Shown here: positions 8,157-18,124 of the stretch, piece after piece
How the letters are laid out: the number at the start of each line of letters is the position of its first letter
Position numbering within the stretch: the stretch's first letter is position 1
Assembly (NCBI GenBank): GCA_001784175.1
Contig: MFPR01000020.1
Location: 248,001 to 279,247 of the forward strand
DNA length: 31,247 bases
Origin: Candidatus Lindowbacteria bacterium RIFCSPLOWO2_12_FULL_62_27
GTDB taxonomy: Bacteria > Lindowbacteria > 2-12-FULL-62-27
Direction of reading: 5' to 3'
Program-made: the position numbers and the translations under genes
Notes under the pieces: generated by a model
Seen by the model: only the letters and a program-made list of their open reading frames with translations
Database searches by the model: none
Told to the model about the DNA's origin: nothing

Positions 8157-9107
8157 ATGAAAGTATTGGTCACGGGGGTTGCCGGGTTTATCGGGTCCAA
8201 TCTGGCCGAGGCGCTGGTTCAGCGCGGGGACCGGGTGGTGGGACTGGACAATTTATCGACCGGCCGCCGGGAGAATCTGCGGGATATGGAGGGCCAGGCC
8301 GAGTTTGAATTTGTGGAGGGCGACATCCGCGACGTGTCGGTGGCGCAGCGGGCGTGCCGGGGGGTCGAGGTGGTATTTCACCAGGCGGCGCTCCCGAGCG
8401 TGCCGCGATCCATCCAGGATCCCCGGGAGACATTTGAGGTCAACACGGGCGGCACGCTGAACCTGCTGATTGCGGCGAAGGACAGCGGCGTGCGGCGTTT
8501 TATCTTCGCGTCCAGTTCCTCGATCTACGGCAACGCGCCCGTCCAGCCGGTGCCGGAGACGACCGTTCCGAATCCGATATCTCCGTACGGCGCGTCGAAA
8601 CTCGCGTCGGAGGCCTACGGGCATTCCTTTTCGGCGAGCTACGGGCTGTCGTTTTATGCATTGCGGTATTTCAACGTGTTCGGGCCGCGGCAGGACCCGA
8701 AATCGGAGTATGCGGCCGTCGTGCCGCGGTTCATGAGCAGTCTGACGAACGGCTCGAAGCCCACCGTGTACGGGGACGGCCAGCAGACTCGGGATTTCAC
8801 GTATGTGGGCAATGTGGTTCGCGCCAATCTGCTGGTGGCGGACACGCCCTCGGCCGCGCCCGGCGCGTACAACATCGCGGCCGGTCGGCCGCACTCGGTG
8901 AAGGACCTGCTGGAGGCGTTGTGCGACATACTTGGCAAACCGTTTGACCCGGCCTATGCGCCGAAGCGTCCCGGCGACATTTTGCATTCGTCGGCGGACA
9001 TCGCGCGCGCGCGGGCCGGGCTGGGGTACGCGCCGGAAACCAACCTGCGCAATGGGTTGGAGCTGACGTGCCGGTCGGCGGGACTTGTGGCGGGGCGCCG
9101 GTCGTGA
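8157..9107 (+). CDS. SDR NAD-dependent epimerase (UDP-GlcNAc/UDP-glucose 4-epimerase, WbpP-like)
   Basis: TGVAGFIG, 'HQAALPSVPRSI', SSSSIYG, YGASK and 'RYFNVFGPRQDP'. Confidence 0.92.
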   Translation: MKVLVTGVAGFIGSNLAEALVQRGDRVVGLDNLSTGRRENLRDMEGQAEFEFVEGDIRDVSVAQRACRGVEVVFHQAALPSVPRSIQDPRETFEVNTGGTLNLLIAAKDSGVRRFIFASSSSIYGNAPVQPVPETTVPNPISPYGASKLASEAYGHSFSASYGLSFYALRYFNVFGPRQDPKSEYAAVVPRFMSSLTNGSKPTVYGDGQQTRDFTYVGNVVRANLLVADTPSAAPGAYNIAAGRPHSVKDLLEALCDILGKPFDPAYAPKRPGDILHSSADIARARAGLGYAPETNLRNGLELTCRSAGLVAGRRS

Positions 9108-10069
9108 CGAGATTCCGGGCGCTCGTGACCGGCTGCGCCGGATTCATCGGGTCGCATCTGTCGGAACGGCTGCTGTCGGACGGCTGGCAGGTGGTCGGGG
9201 TGGACGCGCTGACGGATTATTATTCCCGGCGGATCAAGCGCCGGAACCTGCGATCTCTTCTATCGCACCGGCGGTTCGCGTTTCACCGCGCGGACCTGAA
9301 CCGCATGGACCTTGACCGCGTGCTGCGCTCCATCGACATTGTTTTCCATCAAGCGGCGCAGCCCGGCGTGCGTGCGAGCTGGGGGACGACGTTCCATATC
9401 TATACCGACTGCAATCTGCTCGCGACCCAGCGGCTGCTCGAGGCGGTGAGAGGCCGGCGATCCATCCTGAAATTTGTGTTTGCCAGCAGTTCCTCCGTCT
9501 ACGGCAACGTCAGGCAGCTTCCGATGCGCGAGACGCAGCGGTGCGAGCCGTACTCGCCGTACGGCGTGACGAAGCTCGGCGCGGAGAACCTGTGCCAGTT
9601 GTACCATGCGAACTACGGCGTGCCGGCGGTGAGCCTGCGGTACTTCACGGTGTACGGCCCGCGCCAGCGCCCGGACATGGCGTTTCACAAATTCATCGCG
9701 GCGGCCCTGGAGGGCAAGCCGATCCGGATTTACGGCACCGGCCGGCAGTCCCGGGATTTCACGTTCGTATCGGACATCGTCTCGGCGAACGTGGCGGCGG
9801 CCATCGGGGGGCAGTGCGGCGGGATCTACAATCTGGGCGGCGGGACGCGCGTGATCCTGCGGGACGCGCTTCGGATCCTGGAACGTCAGCTCGGCCGGCC
9901 GATCCGGCTGGTCTTTGAGGAGCACGCGCGCGGGGACGTGGACCGGACGGGCGCGGACACGAGCCGCGCGCGGCGGGACTTGCTGTTCCGGCCGAAGACG
10001 AATCTGGCCGAGGGGCTTGCGGCGCAAATCGCGTGGCACCGGCAGATGCGCGCGGAAGGGGTGCTTTGA
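9104..10069 (+). CDS. SDR NAD-dependent epimerase (UDP-glucuronate 4-epimerase-like)
   Basis: TGCAGFIG, 'HQAAQPGVR', YGVTK and 'FTVYGPRQRPDMAF'. GTG start at 9104 overlaps the previous stop (GTGA). Confidence 0.9.
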   Translation: MTRFRALVTGCAGFIGSHLSERLLSDGWQVVGVDALTDYYSRRIKRRNLRSLLSHRRFAFHRADLNRMDLDRVLRSIDIVFHQAAQPGVRASWGTTFHIYTDCNLLATQRLLEAVRGRRSILKFVFASSSSVYGNVRQLPMRETQRCEPYSPYGVTKLGAENLCQLYHANYGVPAVSLRYFTVYGPRQRPDMAFHKFIAAALEGKPIRIYGTGRQSRDFTFVSDIVSANVAAAIGGQCGGIYNLGGGTRVILRDALRILERQLGRPIRLVFEEHARGDVDRTGADTSRARRDLLFRPKTNLAEGLAAQIAWHRQMRAEGVL

Positions 10070-10070
10070 C

Positions 10071-11030
10071 ATGAAGGTTTTGGTGACCGGCGGCGCCGGT
10101 TTTATCGGCTCGCATCTCAGCGAGCGGCTTCTCTCCCAAGGCCACGAAGTGGTCGCGCTGGACAATCTGTCGACCGGCCGGATGGAGAACATCGAGCATC
10201 TGAAGCGCCAGCGCGGGTTCAAATTCGCGTTCGGGAGCGTGCTGGACACCGAGACGATCCGGCGATGGGTCCGGTGGGCCGACCAGATTTACCATCTGGC
10301 CGCCGCCGTCGGCGTCAAGTTCATCATCGACCATCCGCTCGATTCGATCATGGTGAACGTGCGCGGCACCGAAAACGTCCTGGAGGCCGCGAACTTCGGC
10401 AAGAAGAAAACCTTCATCGCGTCGACGTCCGAAATTTACGGCAAGAGCCCCAAGTTTCCGTACCGCGAAGGGGACGACCGGACGCTGGGGTCGACGCACA
10501 CGTCGCGGTGGAGCTATTCGGACACGAAGGCCCTGGACGAATTTCTGTCGTTCGCCTATTACCGGGAGAAGCGCCTGCCGGTCGTGGTCGGCCGGCTCTT
10601 CAACACGTGCGGCCCGCGCCAGACGGGCGATTACGGGATGGTGTTGCCGAGGTTTGTGAAGTCGGCGCTTTTGGGGCATCCGATCACGATCTACGGGGAC
10701 GGCAAGCAGACGCGGTGTTTCACGTACGTGGACGACGCCGTGGAGGCGATGATGCGTCTCATGGCGAGTTCCAAGGCCGTGGGCGACATGTTCAACATCG
10801 GCCACCACGAGCGGGTCACGATCAATGACCTGGCGCGCCGGATCAAGGCGGTGACGCGGTCGAAATCGGAGATCTCTCACATTCCTTATGAGAAGGCCTA
10901 CGAAAAAGGCTTTGAAGACATGCGTCACCGGGTGCCGGACCTGAGCAAGATCAAGAAATTCGTGGGCTGGGCGCCGAAAATCAAGCTGGACGAGATTATC
11001 CGGCGGGTGGTCGAGTACCATGAGCAGTAA
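10071..11030 (+). CDS. SDR epimerase/dehydratase (UDP-glucuronate decarboxylase/ArnA-like subgroup)
   Basis: TGGAGFIG, ASTSEIYG, 'RWSYSDTKALDE' and 'RLFNTCGPRQ'. ATG at 10071. Confidence 0.9.
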   Translation: MKVLVTGGAGFIGSHLSERLLSQGHEVVALDNLSTGRMENIEHLKRQRGFKFAFGSVLDTETIRRWVRWADQIYHLAAAVGVKFIIDHPLDSIMVNVRGTENVLEAANFGKKKTFIASTSEIYGKSPKFPYREGDDRTLGSTHTSRWSYSDTKALDEFLSFAYYREKRLPVVVGRLFNTCGPRQTGDYGMVLPRFVKSALLGHPITIYGDGKQTRCFTYVDDAVEAMMRLMASSKAVGDMFNIGHHERVTINDLARRIKAVTRSKSEISHIPYEKAYEKGFEDMRHRVPDLSKIKKFVGWAPKIKLDEIIRRVVEYHEQ

Positions 11031-12381
11031 AAAAAAGGCAGGGGTCAAGGGCGGGAAACCACTGCAGCCCCTGGCGGAGCAGATCAAGAAAAAAATATAC
11101 AGGAAGCAGATCGAGGCCGGGATCATCGGGCTCGGCTATGTGGGCCTGCCGCTGGCGGTGGCGTTTGCGCGCGCGGGCGTGCGCGTGACGGGATTTGACG
11201 TCGACCGCGGCAAGGTATCGCAGATCCGCGAGGGCCAGTCGTACATCGGCGACGTTCCGTCGGAGCAGGTGCGGGACATGGTGCGGAGAAAGCGCCTGAC
11301 CGCGACCACCGATTTCAACGAGCTTCGCCGGATGGACACCATCAACATTTGCGTTCCGACCCCGCTGCGCAAGAGCAAGGACCCGGACATTTCCTACGTG
11401 GTGAGCGCCGTGCGCGAGGTGGAGGCGCGGTCGCGTCCAGGCCAGATCGTGATCCTCGAGAGCACGACGTATCCAGGCACGACGACGGAGATTCTGCAGC
11501 CCGCGCTGGAGCGGCGCGGCCGGAAAATCGGCGTCGACGCCTTCGTCGCCTTCTCGCCCGAACGGGTCGACCCGGCCAACAAAAAATACACGATTGAAAA
11601 CACGCCCAAGGTTGTCGGCGGCGTAACGCCGGTCTGCACGGATCTTGCGACGTCCTTTTACCGTCTGGCGATCGAGGACGTCATCCCGGTGAGTTCGCCG
11701 ACCGTCGCCGAGATGGTGAAGCTCCTGGAGAACACGTACCGCGCCATCAACATTGGCCTCGCGAACGAGATTGCGCAGCTCTGTCACCGGCTGAAGATCG
11801 ACGTGTGGGAAGTGATCGACGCCGCCGGCACGAAACCGTTCGGCTTTGCCGCCTTTTATCCCGGTCCCGGCCTGGGCGGCCATTGCATCCCGATCGACCC
11901 GCTGTACCTGGCCTGGCGTGTGAAGCTGTTCAACGTGACCGCCAAGTTCATCGAGCTGGCGACGGAGGTCAACAGCGGGATGCCCGGGTTTGTGATCGAG
12001 CGCATCGTGGAGCTGCTGAACCGCCGGAAGAAAGCGGTGAGCGGTTCGCGGATTCTGATTCTGGGCGTCACCTACAAACGGGACGTGGCCGACGTGCGCG
12101 AATCGCCGTCGGTGGAGATCATCGAGAAGCTTCTGGAGCTGGGCGCCGAGGTTACGGTCAGCGACCCGTTTTTAACGAGCCTGTGGGCCGGCCACCGGGA
12201 GATCTTCACGCAGCCGGTGACGCCGGACCTACTGCGCCGGCAGGATGTGGCCCTGGTCCTGACCGACCATACGAGTTTCGATTACGGACTGATCGCGTCC
12301 CAGGCGCCGCTGGTGTTCGACACCCGAAATGCGATTCGCCGCGCGCTGGGCCGGATTCCTCAGAACGTGGTCCGCCTCTAA
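11020..12381 (+). CDS. Nucleotide-sugar dehydrogenase (UDP-GlcNAc/ManNAc 6-dehydrogenase family)
   Basis: GLGYVG, 'ICVPTP', 'ESTTYPGTT', 'SPER' and catalytic 'GGHCIPIDP'. Confidence 0.93.
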   Translation: MSSKKKAGVKGGKPLQPLAEQIKKKIYRKQIEAGIIGLGYVGLPLAVAFARAGVRVTGFDVDRGKVSQIREGQSYIGDVPSEQVRDMVRRKRLTATTDFNELRRMDTINICVPTPLRKSKDPDISYVVSAVREVEARSRPGQIVILESTTYPGTTTEILQPALERRGRKIGVDAFVAFSPERVDPANKKYTIENTPKVVGGVTPVCTDLATSFYRLAIEDVIPVSSPTVAEMVKLLENTYRAINIGLANEIAQLCHRLKIDVWEVIDAAGTKPFGFAAFYPGPGLGGHCIPIDPLYLAWRVKLFNVTAKFIELATEVNSGMPGFVIERIVELLNRRKKAVSGSRILILGVTYKRDVADVRESPSVEIIEKLLELGAEVTVSDPFLTSLWAGHREIFTQPVTPDLLRRQDVALVLTDHTSFDYGLIASQAPLVFDTRNAIRRALGRIPQNVVRL

Positions 12382-12388
12382 TCCAGTT

Positions 12389-13507
12389 TTGAAGCCCCCC
12401 ACGCCATTTTTCCAGTATCTGTCCATCGCGCTTCTGGCGTTTGTGGTGTCGTCCCTTCTGATCCCGCTGATGATCCGGCTGGCGCTCCGCTTCGGGGTGG
12501 TGGACAAGCCGAACCAGCGCAAGGTCCACACGGCGCCGAAGCCGCTCCTGGGCGGGCTGGCGATTTTCATCGGCTACAGCGCGTGTTTCGCCCTCATCCT
12601 CGGGATGTACGTTGCGCCGGACCACCCCGTGCGCGGCACGTTTGTGGCGCTGTATCTGTCGTCGATGTTTCTTCTCCTGGTAGGCCTGATCGACGACATT
12701 CGGGGTCTGGCGGCGACGACGAAGCTGGTGTGCCAGATCTGCGCCGCGTCGGTCATGATTTACATGGGCGTGCGTATCCGGTTCTGGCTGGAGGCCGACT
12801 GGATGCAGTATCTGGTGACGCTGGTTTGGTTTGTCGTGATCACCAACGCGTTCAACCTGCTGGACAACATGGACGGCCTGTCGGGCGGCGTGGCGAGCCT
12901 GACGGCCTTTCTGTATTTTCTTCTGACCGTCTTCATCGGCGAAAGGGAATACGGGTATCTGCTTCTGGCGCTGACGTTTTCGATCATCGGTTTTCTGAAA
13001 TACAATTTTTATCCGTCAAAGCTTTTCATGGGCGACACCGGCAGCCTCTTCATCGGATTCAACCTCGCCGCCTTTTCCGCCATGGTGACCTATCTCGGCT
13101 ACGGCCCGGCGTCGCACATGCCGACCGTGACCCCGCTCGTGATTTTCGCGGTGCCGCTGTACGACACGGCGTCGGTGATCTGGATCCGGATCAAGGAGGG
13201 CCGCAGCATTTTTCAGGCCGACAAATATCACTTTTCCCACCGGCTCGTCGCGCTCGGCATGACGCACCGCCAAGCAGTCGCCGTCATCCTGCTCCTGACG
13301 TTCGCCGTCGGTCTCATGGCGGTGCTCCTGCCGAAACTGTCCGGCGCGCAAGGGATGCTCGTGCTGTCGCACACCGTCTGCATTTTCGCCGTCATCGCGC
13401 TCCTGGAACGCAGCAGCAGCAACAAGATGCGGGCGCTGGGGATCAACGGCGCGGGCGCGGCCGGCAAGGAAGACAAGGGAGATGTGGAAAACCGCCGTCC
13501 GCAGTAA
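12389..13507 (+). CDS. Undecaprenyl-phosphate GlcNAc-1-phosphate transferase (WecA/TagO, MraY-like family); start uncertain
   Basis: 'GLIDD', 'NAFNLLDNMDGL', 'FMGDTGS' and 'HFSHRL' motifs; many TM helices. The TTG at 12389 avoids overlap with the upstream gene. Confidence 0.88.
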   Translation: MKPPTPFFQYLSIALLAFVVSSLLIPLMIRLALRFGVVDKPNQRKVHTAPKPLLGGLAIFIGYSACFALILGMYVAPDHPVRGTFVALYLSSMFLLLVGLIDDIRGLAATTKLVCQICAASVMIYMGVRIRFWLEADWMQYLVTLVWFVVITNAFNLLDNMDGLSGGVASLTAFLYFLLTVFIGEREYGYLLLALTFSIIGFLKYNFYPSKLFMGDTGSLFIGFNLAAFSAMVTYLGYGPASHMPTVTPLVIFAVPLYDTASVIWIRIKEGRSIFQADKYHFSHRLVALGMTHRQAVAVILLLTFAVGLMAVLLPKLSGAQGMLVLSHTVCIFAVIALLERSSSNKMRALGINGAGAAGKEDKGDVENRRPQ

Positions 13508-14498
13508 AGGGTTCTGGTTCGGCGTGGTCGTCTCCTGTGTCGGGCTGGCCGTGGCGCTGCACGGCGTGCGGCTGGACCGGCTGGGCGCGGAGCTGGCGTC
13601 GGCGCCGTGGGGTCCGGTCCTCGCGCTGGGGCTCGCGATGGTGCTCGCGACGGGGGTGCGGGCCTACCGGTGGAAAGTCAGCATCGAGAGTTTCGCGCCC
13701 GTCGCGTACAAGAATGTTTTCTCGGCGTTCATGGCGGGCATGTTCGGTCTGAACGTGATTCCCGCGCGAGTCGGGGAGTATCTGCGGGTATTCGTTCTGG
13801 GCAAGAATTCGTCCCTGAGCCAGAGCGCGATTCTGGCCACGGTGGTCCTGGAGCGCGTGGTGGACGGCCTGACGATCCTGACCGTTTTCTCCGCCGCGCT
13901 GATCCTTCATCCCGCGCCGGAGTCGCGGTCGGTCCTGGCGAATGTGCGGACGGAGTTTCTGTGGATCGTCCCCCTGATTTTTCTCGGATGTCTGTGGTTT
14001 CTGTATGCCGTGTCGAAAAATCCAGCCCGGCCGGTCGAGGTCATCCGGCGGATCTGCCGTCCGTTCGGCGCGGCCGGCGCGAAACTTCCGGGAATCGTGG
14101 AGCGGTTTTCCGGCGGGCTTGTGATTTTCGCCGATCCCGCGCGTCTGGCGCGGTACTTGGCGTGGTCGTTCATCGCATGGATGTCGATCGCGTTCTGGTA
14201 TTATCTGAATTTTCTCGCGATGGGCATCTCCCTGGGAATGGCCGAAGCCGTGGTGCTGATGTCGGTGGTGGTGGTCGGCGTGATGATCCCGGCCGCGCCG
14301 GGATTCGTGGGCACCTACCATGCGTTCTGCAAGGGATGCCTCGTGGCGTTCGGCGTGGACGAGACCGTGGCGCTGACCTTTGCGGTGATCACCCACCTCG
14401 TGCCCTACGTGTTGCACACGTTCATTGGTTTCGTGTGCGTGCTGCGTGAAAATGTGCATTGGGCGGATCTGGCCGCGCGGTCCCCGCAGGCCCAATGA
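13482..14498 (+). CDS. Lysylphosphatidylglycerol synthase TM-domain (flippase-like, UPF0104) protein
   Basis: 'RAYRW', 'NVIPARVGEYLR', 'ATVVLERVVDGL' and 'PAAPGFVGTYH' motifs. Confidence 0.88.
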   Translation: MWKTAVRSKGFWFGVVVSCVGLAVALHGVRLDRLGAELASAPWGPVLALGLAMVLATGVRAYRWKVSIESFAPVAYKNVFSAFMAGMFGLNVIPARVGEYLRVFVLGKNSSLSQSAILATVVLERVVDGLTILTVFSAALILHPAPESRSVLANVRTEFLWIVPLIFLGCLWFLYAVSKNPARPVEVIRRICRPFGAAGAKLPGIVERFSGGLVIFADPARLARYLAWSFIAWMSIAFWYYLNFLAMGISLGMAEAVVLMSVVVVGVMIPAAPGFVGTYHAFCKGCLVAFGVDETVALTFAVITHLVPYVLHTFIGFVCVLRENVHWADLAARSPQAQ

Positions 14499-15247
14499 AG
14501 ATTCTGATTCTTGCGGCCGGCTATTCGACGCGCCTGTATCCGCTGACGCTGGATATTCCCAAACCCCTTCTGGAGATCGGCGACCGGAAGATGCTGGATC
14601 ATTTGCTGGACCGCCTCCGGCCGCTGCCTCATTCCGAAATCGTCCTGGTGTCGAACCACCGTTTTGTCGACCAGTTTCAAGTCTGGTCCCGGACCGCCGG
14701 CCTGCCCATCACGGTCCTGGACGACGGCAGCCGCAGCGAGCAGGACCGGCTCGGCGCCGTGGGCGACATGGCGTTTGCGGTGCGGGAGCGGTCGATTGGG
14801 GAGCCGATGCTGGTGGTGGCCGGGGACAACCTGTTCGATTTCCCGCTGGAGCCCTTTGTTGCGGAATTTGAAAAAAAGTCCGCGCCGCTGGTCGGTTTGT
14901 ACGAGTATCCCCGGTGGCAACATTTGTCGAAATATGGCATTGTGACGCTGGACGAAGCGGGCAGATTTTCTGAATTCGTCGAGAAGCCGAAGGAGCCGCG
15001 GTCGAATCTGGTGTCGATGTGTCTCTATGTATTTCCGGCGGACACCCTGCCGTTCTTGGCCCGGTATCTGTCCGGTTCGGACCCGAAGGACGCCCCGGGG
15101 CACTACATCCGGTGGCTGATGGGCCAGTGCGGCGTGCACGGCCACCGGTTCCGGGGCGTGTGGCTGGACATTGGCGATCTGGATTCATTGGAAGAAGCCA
15201 GAAAAATTTTCGGAAAGAAGGAGTCGATTCATGGGAAAAACGTATGA
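14495..15247 (+). CDS. Sugar-phosphate nucleotidyltransferase
   Basis: '[19 protein letters not shown]', 'AGDN', 'EKPK' and 'WLDIG'. ATG at 14495 in an ATGA overlap. Confidence 0.9.
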   Translation: MKILILAAGYSTRLYPLTLDIPKPLLEIGDRKMLDHLLDRLRPLPHSEIVLVSNHRFVDQFQVWSRTAGLPITVLDDGSRSEQDRLGAVGDMAFAVRERSIGEPMLVVAGDNLFDFPLEPFVAEFEKKSAPLVGLYEYPRWQHLSKYGIVTLDEAGRFSEFVEKPKEPRSNLVSMCLYVFPADTLPFLARYLSGSDPKDAPGHYIRWLMGQCGVHGHRFRGVWLDIGDLDSLEEARKIFGKKESIHGKNV

Positions 15248-16487
15248 CGTGAAAAATCTGTCGCTGGTGAAAGCCGGCGTGAAGCGCATCGAGTGGGCGC
15301 GCCGTGCGATGCCGGTGGTGCGCAGCATTGAGGATCGGTTCCGGCGGGAGCGCCCACTCAAGGGCGTGCGGATCGGCGCGTGCCTGCACGTGACGACCGA
15401 GACGGCGAACCTGATGCGCGCGCTGGCCGCCGGCGGCGCAGATGTGCGGCTGTGCGCGTCGAATCCGCTGTCGACCCAGGACGACGTGGCGGCGGCGCTG
15501 GTGAAGGAATTCGGCGTTCCGGTTTTCGCCATTCGCGGCGAGGATCGCAAGACGTATTATTCGCACCTTCGGTCGGCCCTCGGGCACAATCCGCAGATCA
15601 CGATGGACGACGGCGCCGATCTCGTCTCGGAACTGCACCGTCGCGATGATGGCCGGGTGATTTTGGGCGGGACCGAGGAGACGACCACCGGCGTGATCCG
15701 GCTTCGGAGCATGGCCCAGAAGGGGGTTCTCAAGTTTCCCGTCATTTCCGTCAACGACGCCGACACGAAACATCTGTTCGACAACCGCTACGGCACAGGC
15801 CAGAGCACGCTCGACGGGATCATCCGGTCGACCAACACGCTGATCGCCGGCCAGACCATCGTGATCTGCGGCTACGGCTGGTGCGGCCGGGGCGTGGCGG
15901 AGCGCGCGCGGGGAATGGGCGCGCACGTGATGGTGGTCGAGGTCGACGCGGTCCGCGCGCTGCAGGCGGTGATGGACGGTTTCCGCGTGGCGCCGATCGG
16001 GAAGGCGGCGCTGGTGGGCGACGTGTTCATCACGGTGACCGGCGACATCAACGTGATCCGCCGGGAGCATTTTCTAAAAATGAAGGACGGCGTCATCCTG
16101 GCCAATTCCGGCCACTTCAACGTCGAGATCGACATCCCGGGGCTCGAAAAGCTTTCCAGGTCCACCCAGACCCTGCGGGACAACGTCGTCGAATATGTGC
16201 TGCGAAACGGCAAGCGGGTCGTGTTGCTCGGCGAGGGCCGCCTGGTCAATCTCGCGGCGGCCGAGGGCCATCCGGCCATGGTGATGGACATGAGCTTCGC
16301 CAACCAGGCGCTGTCGGCCGAGTACCTGACGCAACACGGCCGCCGTCTGAAGCGGCAGGTGTATCCGGTGCCGAAGGAGATTGACGAGGCGATCGCGCGC
16401 CTGAAGCTGAAGACGATGGGCGTCTCCATTGATCGGCTGACGCCGGAGCAGAAGACCTACCTGGCCTCCTGGGAAATGGGCACCTGA
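15231..16487 (+). CDS. ahcY: Adenosylhomocysteinase (short ~418-aa form)
   Basis: 'CLHVTTETA', 'SNPLSTQD', 'DDGADL', 'EETTTG', '[13 protein letters not shown]', 'GYGWCGRG' and 'EGHP..MDMSF'. SD AAGGAG before the ATG at 15231. Confidence 0.96.
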   Translation: MGKTYDVKNLSLVKAGVKRIEWARRAMPVVRSIEDRFRRERPLKGVRIGACLHVTTETANLMRALAAGGADVRLCASNPLSTQDDVAAALVKEFGVPVFAIRGEDRKTYYSHLRSALGHNPQITMDDGADLVSELHRRDDGRVILGGTEETTTGVIRLRSMAQKGVLKFPVISVNDADTKHLFDNRYGTGQSTLDGIIRSTNTLIAGQTIVICGYGWCGRGVAERARGMGAHVMVVEVDAVRALQAVMDGFRVAPIGKAALVGDVFITVTGDINVIRREHFLKMKDGVILANSGHFNVEIDIPGLEKLSRSTQTLRDNVVEYVLRNGKRVVLLGEGRLVNLAAAEGHPAMVMDMSFANQALSAEYLTQHGRRLKRQVYPVPKEIDEAIARLKLKTMGVSIDRLTPEQKTYLASWEMGT

Positions 16488-16513
16488 TCCGTTTGGCGCG
16501 TTTGCCCGTCCGG

Positions 16514-18124
16514 ATGAAACGCTCCAACTCAAAGATCACGCGGCCGGCTGGAGCGGCGGCGCCGCCGCCGGCCGCGCCAACACTCGCGTTGCCCGTGTCG
16601 GGCCGCCGTCTCGTCGACGTGCGGGCGGGGGATGTCGCGTCGATGCGGGAGATGACCCAGACGCAACTGTTGGGTCTGATCCTGCGGCTGGTGCAGATGA
16701 CGTTCCGGTTCGACACGTGCGCGGCCTTTTCGTACGACGACAAAACCCACCGGCTGGTGCTTTCGGAAAGTATCGGCCTGCCGACCGCGGGCGGGTCGGA
16801 TCCGATCTCGCTGGAGGACGACCCCGTGATTCAGCAGGTGGTTCTCGAGTCGAAGGCGATCGTGGTGAACACGCCGCTGTCGGAGTGCGAGCCGACGCTT
16901 CTTCGGGCGTTCATGGCCGTCCCGATCGTGCTGAACAACAGCGTGGTCGGCACGCTCAACATGAGCCATGTCTCGGAGCGCCCCTATCAGGACGAGGACA
17001 TGCAGCGTCTGAGCGCGATCGCGTCCCAGGCGGCCTTTCTCGTCCAGTCAGCGCGGACGATGGCGGAGATCGAGCTGGAGACGCGTGAGATTCTCGAAAC
17101 GGTTCCGCTGCCGATCGTCAAAGTGGATTTTGCGGCGTCGCGGTGCGTGGTGAATCCGGCCGCCAAGGTTTTCTTTGATCTTCCGGTCGAGAAGGTGGAG
17201 ATGAAGGTCTTTTACCATCAGGCCGGTATTTTTCTCGACCGGGATCTTTCTCCGATTCTGGCCGAGGTTCAGAAGACGGGCAAGGATTTGGGCGGGATCG
17301 AGATCAAGGGACAGGGCGAGCGCGAGGCTATCTTGAACCTGACGGTGGCCGCGATTTTATCGCGGGAGAAGACGATCGGCGCCGTGCTGGTGTTTGAGGA
17401 CCTCACCGAGATCCTGCATGCGCGGGAGACCGCCGAACGGAGCGAGCGTCTGGCCGCGCTGGGGCAGCTTGCGGCGGGCGTGGCGCACGAGGTGAAGAAT
17501 CCGCTGACGTCGATCAAGGGGTTCACGCAACTGTTGAAGGGCAAGAAGAACGATCCCGCGTTTCTGGAAAAATACGTGTCTCTCGTTTCCGGCGAAATCG
17601 ACCGGCTGGACCACATCGTCGAGCAGCTCCTGCAGCTTGCGCGGCCGAAAACGGCCAAGCTCAAAAAAGCGGACCTTCGGGAGTCGGCGCGCCGGGTCGC
17701 AGAACTCGTCGAGTCCCAGCTCGACAAGAAATCGGTCCGGCACGAGCAGACGTATCCGGACGTTCCGGCCGAGGTCCTGATCGACGCCTCGCAGATCGAG
17801 CAGGTGATCCTGAATCTTCTTCTGAACGCCGTCGAAGCCGCCCCGTTGCGCGGCGGGCTTATCCGGACGACCATTGAAGTTGGGCCCGACTCGGTGGTCC
17901 TGGCCGTTCAGGACAACGGCCGGGGCATCAAACCGGAATACATCGAGAAACTATTTCATCCCTTTTTCACCACGCGCCGCGGCGGTACCGGCCTGGGTCT
18001 GGCCGTGTCGCACCGGATCGTCACGGACCACGGCGGCAAGATTTTCGTGACGAGCGTGCCGGGCATGGGCGCGCGGTTTGCGATCGAGTTGCCGCGTCCG
18101 GGCGAGCAGGCCAACCCCCGATGA
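16514..18124 (+). CDS. Cytoplasmic sensor histidine kinase (GAF + PAS-like + HisKA + HATPase)
   Basis: H-box 'AAGVAHEVKNPL', N-box 'QVILNLLLNA', 'DNGRG', 'FFTT' and 'GTGLGL'. N-terminal GAF segment 'FMAVPIVLNNSVVGTLN'; no TM helix. Confidence 0.9.
   Translation: MKRSNSKITRPAGAAAPPPAAPTLALPVSGRRLVDVRAGDVASMREMTQTQLLGLILRLVQMTFRFDTCAAFSYDDKTHRLVLSESIGLPTAGGSDPISLEDDPVIQQVVLESKAIVVNTPLSECEPTLLRAFMAVPIVLNNSVVGTLNMSHVSERPYQDEDMQRLSAIASQAAFLVQSARTMAEIELETREILETVPLPIVKVDFAASRCVVNPAAKVFFDLPVEKVEMKVFYHQAGIFLDRDLSPILAEVQKTGKDLGGIEIKGQGEREAILNLTVAAILSREKTIGAVLVFEDLTEILHARETAERSERLAALGQLAAGVAHEVKNPLTSIKGFTQLLKGKKNDPAFLEKYVSLVSGEIDRLDHIVEQLLQLARPKTAKLKKADLRESARRVAELVESQLDKKSVRHEQTYPDVPAEVLIDASQIEQVILNLLLNAVEAAPLRGGLIRTTIEVGPDSVVLAVQDNGRGIKPEYIEKLFHPFFTTRRGGTGLGLAVSHRIVTDHGGKIFVTSVPGMGARFAIELPRPGEQANPR

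Noticed and set aside
15171-15230. SAH/SAM riboswitch before ahcY
   Set aside because: ahcY overlaps the upstream CDS, so there is no leader space, and no motif is visible.
9759-16070. Long minus-strand ORFs (e.g. 455, 350, 453 aa)
   Set aside because: Antisense shadows of well-supported genes, expected from high-GC codon bias.
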